Positions 53,641 through 57,164 of a stretch of 57,164 nt of DNA are shown in pieces. Both the position numbers and the translations under genes were made by a program. Positions within the stretch are counted from its first letter, which is position 1. Each line of letters starts with the position of its first letter. The stretch is from the NCBI RefSeq assembly GCF_001194135.2, contig NC_068985.1:76600490-76657653 (forward strand). The letters are read 5' to 3'. The stretch is from Octopus bimaculoides (taxonomy: Eukaryota). The notes below the pieces were generated by a model. That model worked only from the letters and a program-made list of their open reading frames with translations, made no database searches and had not been told where the DNA came from.

Positions 53641-55149
53641 TCTTGTTCGGACCGAGTTCACTTTGACCGGCTGTTATAGCCACCATTAGAATCTACAAAT
53701 ATACAAAGCTAACGTGATTGCCAGACCTGCTAGAAATAGCAACCTATTCTCTTAGATTACACTGCACTGTCTTACGAAAAGAAAAACATTGGACAATGTA
53801 CACCTTTATATATGGGGCGGGGACGGGACAGTCACAACTAGAACAAAGACCAACCAGTCTGACTCGGAACTAAGCAACAAGCATAGAGAAACAGAGAGTT
53901 ATCACTACATCACGTAGCTAACAATCAGAAGATGCAGTATGATCTTCAACTAGATGGAGTTGTAGCATTATTGGTGCAAAGGTTCTACAGATTGCGTCAA
54001 GTCGTTCAGAAAACTATCTGTCTAACATACATTATGTCTGCTGGATCAGGACTGATCTAGAAGGAGCTACACGACAGTAACTTATATGATTGGACCGTCA
54101 GAATATATGTATATTGGTTATTAGTTATGTATATTGGAGATGATAGGCGTTGCATATCATCTCATATGCAATGCCTATGAGATGATATGAATCGTCGTTT
54201 TCTTGACTTTATCAATTCAATAATCCGCGCATGAGTTAAGAAAACTATTCAAGCCGATTAGCGATTATCAAATTTGCACATTCTCAACACTAAATTACGT
54301 ATATCTAAGCACATTCTTCTTAATGGTACAAGTCATATTCTTAACGATGTGTCAAATGTTTTCTTGTCCTGAGTTCGAAAAGTAATCTCCCGTCTGGGAA
54401 CTAAAAAGAGAAATATTGCAATCGTGTTTCTATTTCTCTGATGGCTGAACAAAAATAAATGAATTGATAAAGTATTAAAAACTCTACTTAAATGAGCCAA
54501 CTATAACGCCTCCTGTTGTTTATATTTACTCTTTTTACACGTTCAATAATAACGTCGGTAACTTGTTGATGAAGTAACATTATGGATTAGATAGAAACAA
54601 TGTTGATATTATGAATATGAAGCCAGTGGTGAGAGTATCGATGGAAATTCTGATATTAAAAGATAAAGAGACACCCACAGCTTCCATAATCAATGTCGCG
54701 CTGAAACGAAATATAGGCTTAGGCTTGTAATACTTAAATTCCTGTCTCAGTAGCTGTTCAGACTTGTTACTGAATGTCATGGTTTCCTTTGCGTATAAAG
54801 TGAGAGACTAAGAATATTGATTAATGTTCTAGGAAGTAACAGTAATTATATCGAAAGTATTTAGTACTTGGATACAAACTGACGCCCCCTCCCATCATTT
54901 GCCGCAAATGTGAGCAGTTCTAATCATATTTTCACAGACTAAAGAACATTCACATCTAGGTGGTCTAACTTGTCAAATCTAATTCAACAGGCTATCGATG
55001 AAAAGTTTCTTAATAAAGCAAACATTCTCGCCGACATTGGGCGGCGAGAATTTTCAGTCAAGATATTTAATTACTACAATACAAAGTTTATAAAAATAAA
55101 TTGAATAACATCAGGCTTTTTTCTTTCTTTTTCTTTCTTTCTTTTTCTT

Positions 55150-55185
<36 letters not shown>

Positions 55186-56553
55186 CTTTATCTGCTAACC
55201 AAAGAGATACAGTGACCATAATCCTTACGGGCACGTTCAGGTTTGTGACACAGATGAAATTGATGGTTAACTAATCCAGAAAAGCAGACAATATAATGGT
55301 ATCTGTAAAAAAAAAAAGACGGAGAGGGAGCATAACCTGTTGATGGGTTGGTGGTTGAAGTGTGTTGGTGAATGAATGTTAGCCTATGAGATTGATGATC
55401 ACTTCTCTTGAGAATAAAATGTGTGTGTGTGTGTGTAACAACTGTATCCTTCCAGATACATGAACAAACACTAATGTCAGATATATTTCTACCTCAAAGG
55501 TCAGAAATTACATTCTTCGATATCATGGGAGTTTAATCCTTATGAAAGATAAACAGGGTTTGCGAAACCTGGAATTTGTTCAGTATACTATGAGTTCCTT
55601 TATCTTTTACTTCTTTCAGTAATTAGACTGCGGCCATGCTAGAGCACCGCTTAGAAAAATTTCCAGTCGAATGAATCGACCCCAAAGCTTGTTGCCTTAT
55701 AGCTTCGTAATATTATCTGCAACTGTCGACGAATGGGATTCTGTGTAGTCGTTCGATCAGCTAGGAATAGTAGCCAAATGTGCCAGCGAGATGAGATTCT
55801 ATATCCGTGGTTCTCAATCATTTTTATGTCTATGAACTCTTTTGATTACTATTCTATCTTTGTGGACCTCATTGCCAGCCGATGTTTAAAAGCACTTTTT
55901 TATGCTTCTTTCAAAATTACTATTTTGTTTTTCACACATCTTCTCTTGTAATCTGAACTATGTAAAATGTTAGAGAAACAAACTGAGCTGTTTCTTGCAG
56001 TAAACACACCCAAGGTAACATTTTTTGAGAACCACTGCTTTATATACTTGTCTGATCGGCTAGAGACAATAGCTAATCGATATTGTCAATCAGCGGTGAG
56101 GATTCATTTATTCTTTCAACTGAATAACCCACTCCTGGCTGAGTATTCCACAGGCATGTGTACCCATGACGTGATTCTGAGACAGAATGAGTGCGGCAAG
56201 TCTATACCTTTTGAATTACAAGTAGAATCCACTGGACGGGTTTCTGTATAGTTTCCATCCACCCAGTTTCACTTACAAGGTATGGGTTGACCAGAGGCTA
56301 CAGAAAATAACATTTACCCAAAATACGACGCAGAAGGATCGAACTCAGGACATCATAATTATGAAGCGGACTTAACCACTGGGCCAGACTGCGTAATGTG
56401 TATGTGTATGTGCGCGCGCGCGCGTAAAAGGAAAAACAGATGACAAAGGAATAAACGATTATCTCATGAACTTCATTAGCTTACAGCTGTTTCCGCTACG
56501 AGATGCAGTGGACTCATATTTAGTAATATTTTCCTGTATATATGTTTATATGT

Positions 56554-56944
56554 GGAGGCGCAATTGCCCAGTATTTAGGGCAGCGGACTCGCGGTCATAG
56601 GATCACGGTTTCGATTCCCAGACCGAGCGTTGTGAGTGCTTATTGAGCGAAAACACCTAAAGCTCAACGAGGCTCCGGCAGGGGATGGTGGCGAACCCTG
56701 CTGTACTCTTTCACCACAACTTTCTCTCACTCTTACTTCCTGTTTCTGTTGTGCCTATAATTCAAACGGTCAGCCTTGTCACACTGTGTCACGCTGAATA
56801 TCCCCGAGAACTACGTTAAGGGTACACGTGTCTGTGGAGTGCTCAGCCACTTGCACGTTAATTTCACGAGCAGGCTGTTCCGTTGATCGGATCAACTGGA
56901 ACTCTCGACGTCGTAAGCGAGTGCCACCATACCATACCCATACC
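56554..56944 (+). mobile_element. tRNA-derived SINE family C (CORE-like central motif), young copy
   Basis: A/B boxes, 12-bp TSD atgtttatatgt at 56542-56553 and 56945-56956, (ccata)n tail. Confidence 0.9.
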
Positions 56945-56992
56945 ATGTTTATATGTATTTGTTTCCCCAAATAAATTGCACTTCATCTTTGA

Positions 56993-57062
56993 AGCTCTAA
57001 TGAAGACATAAGACACTCAACTATGATTCCACCGAATCTTATAGTGAAAACAGCCGAAAGCT
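56993..57062 (+). ncRNA. Degenerate minimal type I hammerhead ribozyme-like motif
   Basis: AGCT-CTAATGA-AG-ACATAAGA...TCTTATAGT-GAAAAC-AGCC-GAA-AGCT. An inverted partial sister copy at 56478-56493 keeps GAAAC-AGCT-GTA-AGCT. Confidence 0.45.
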
Positions 57063-57164
57063 AATGATGTTCTCAAGATAATCGTTTATTACTTTGTCAT
57101 CTCTTTTTTTACTATTATTATTCCGTATTCGATTAACGTTTCGTCCAGAAGCATACGTATATTG

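Noticed and set aside
56554-56630. tRNA genes (also at other SINE heads)
   Set aside because: The A/B boxes belong to tRNA-derived SINEs with bodies, tails and TSDs; no full cloverleaf.

Overview
AT-rich, repeat-dense eukaryotic genomic DNA with many N gaps and microsatellites. The repeat repertoire (tRNA-derived SINE families, RTE LINEs, Tc1/mariner, Buster-type hATs, Penelope-like elements) resembles cephalopod (octopus-type) DNA; this is inferred from recognition, not from a search. The only host gene found is on the minus strand and is almost invisible to the ORF track. Five phase-compatible GT-AG exons (21686-21716, 14099-14180, 11366-11466, 8479-8712, 6801-6911), plus a candidate 39-nt micro-exon (9767-9805), splice into a C-type lectin domain followed by an LDL-receptor class A repeat. 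This is the N-terminal architecture of uninflatable-like giant matrix/membrane proteins. The first coding exon was not found, and no further exon was found left of 6801. The rest is mostly decayed transposons: DD37D, DD34D and DD34E Tc1/mariner copies, a Gypsy element lacking its integrase core, two hAT transposase relics, RTE, CR1-like, REL-type and Penelope fragments, and about 25 SINEs. The most unusual structures are (1) an 805-bp foldback element with an 8-bp TSD whose centre holds head-to-head telomeric TTAGGG/CCCTAA arrays, (2) several degenerate minimal hammerhead-ribozyme motifs, (3) the candidate frame-preserving micro-exon, and (4) an apparent shift from CpG-depleted to CpG-retaining sequence across the window.
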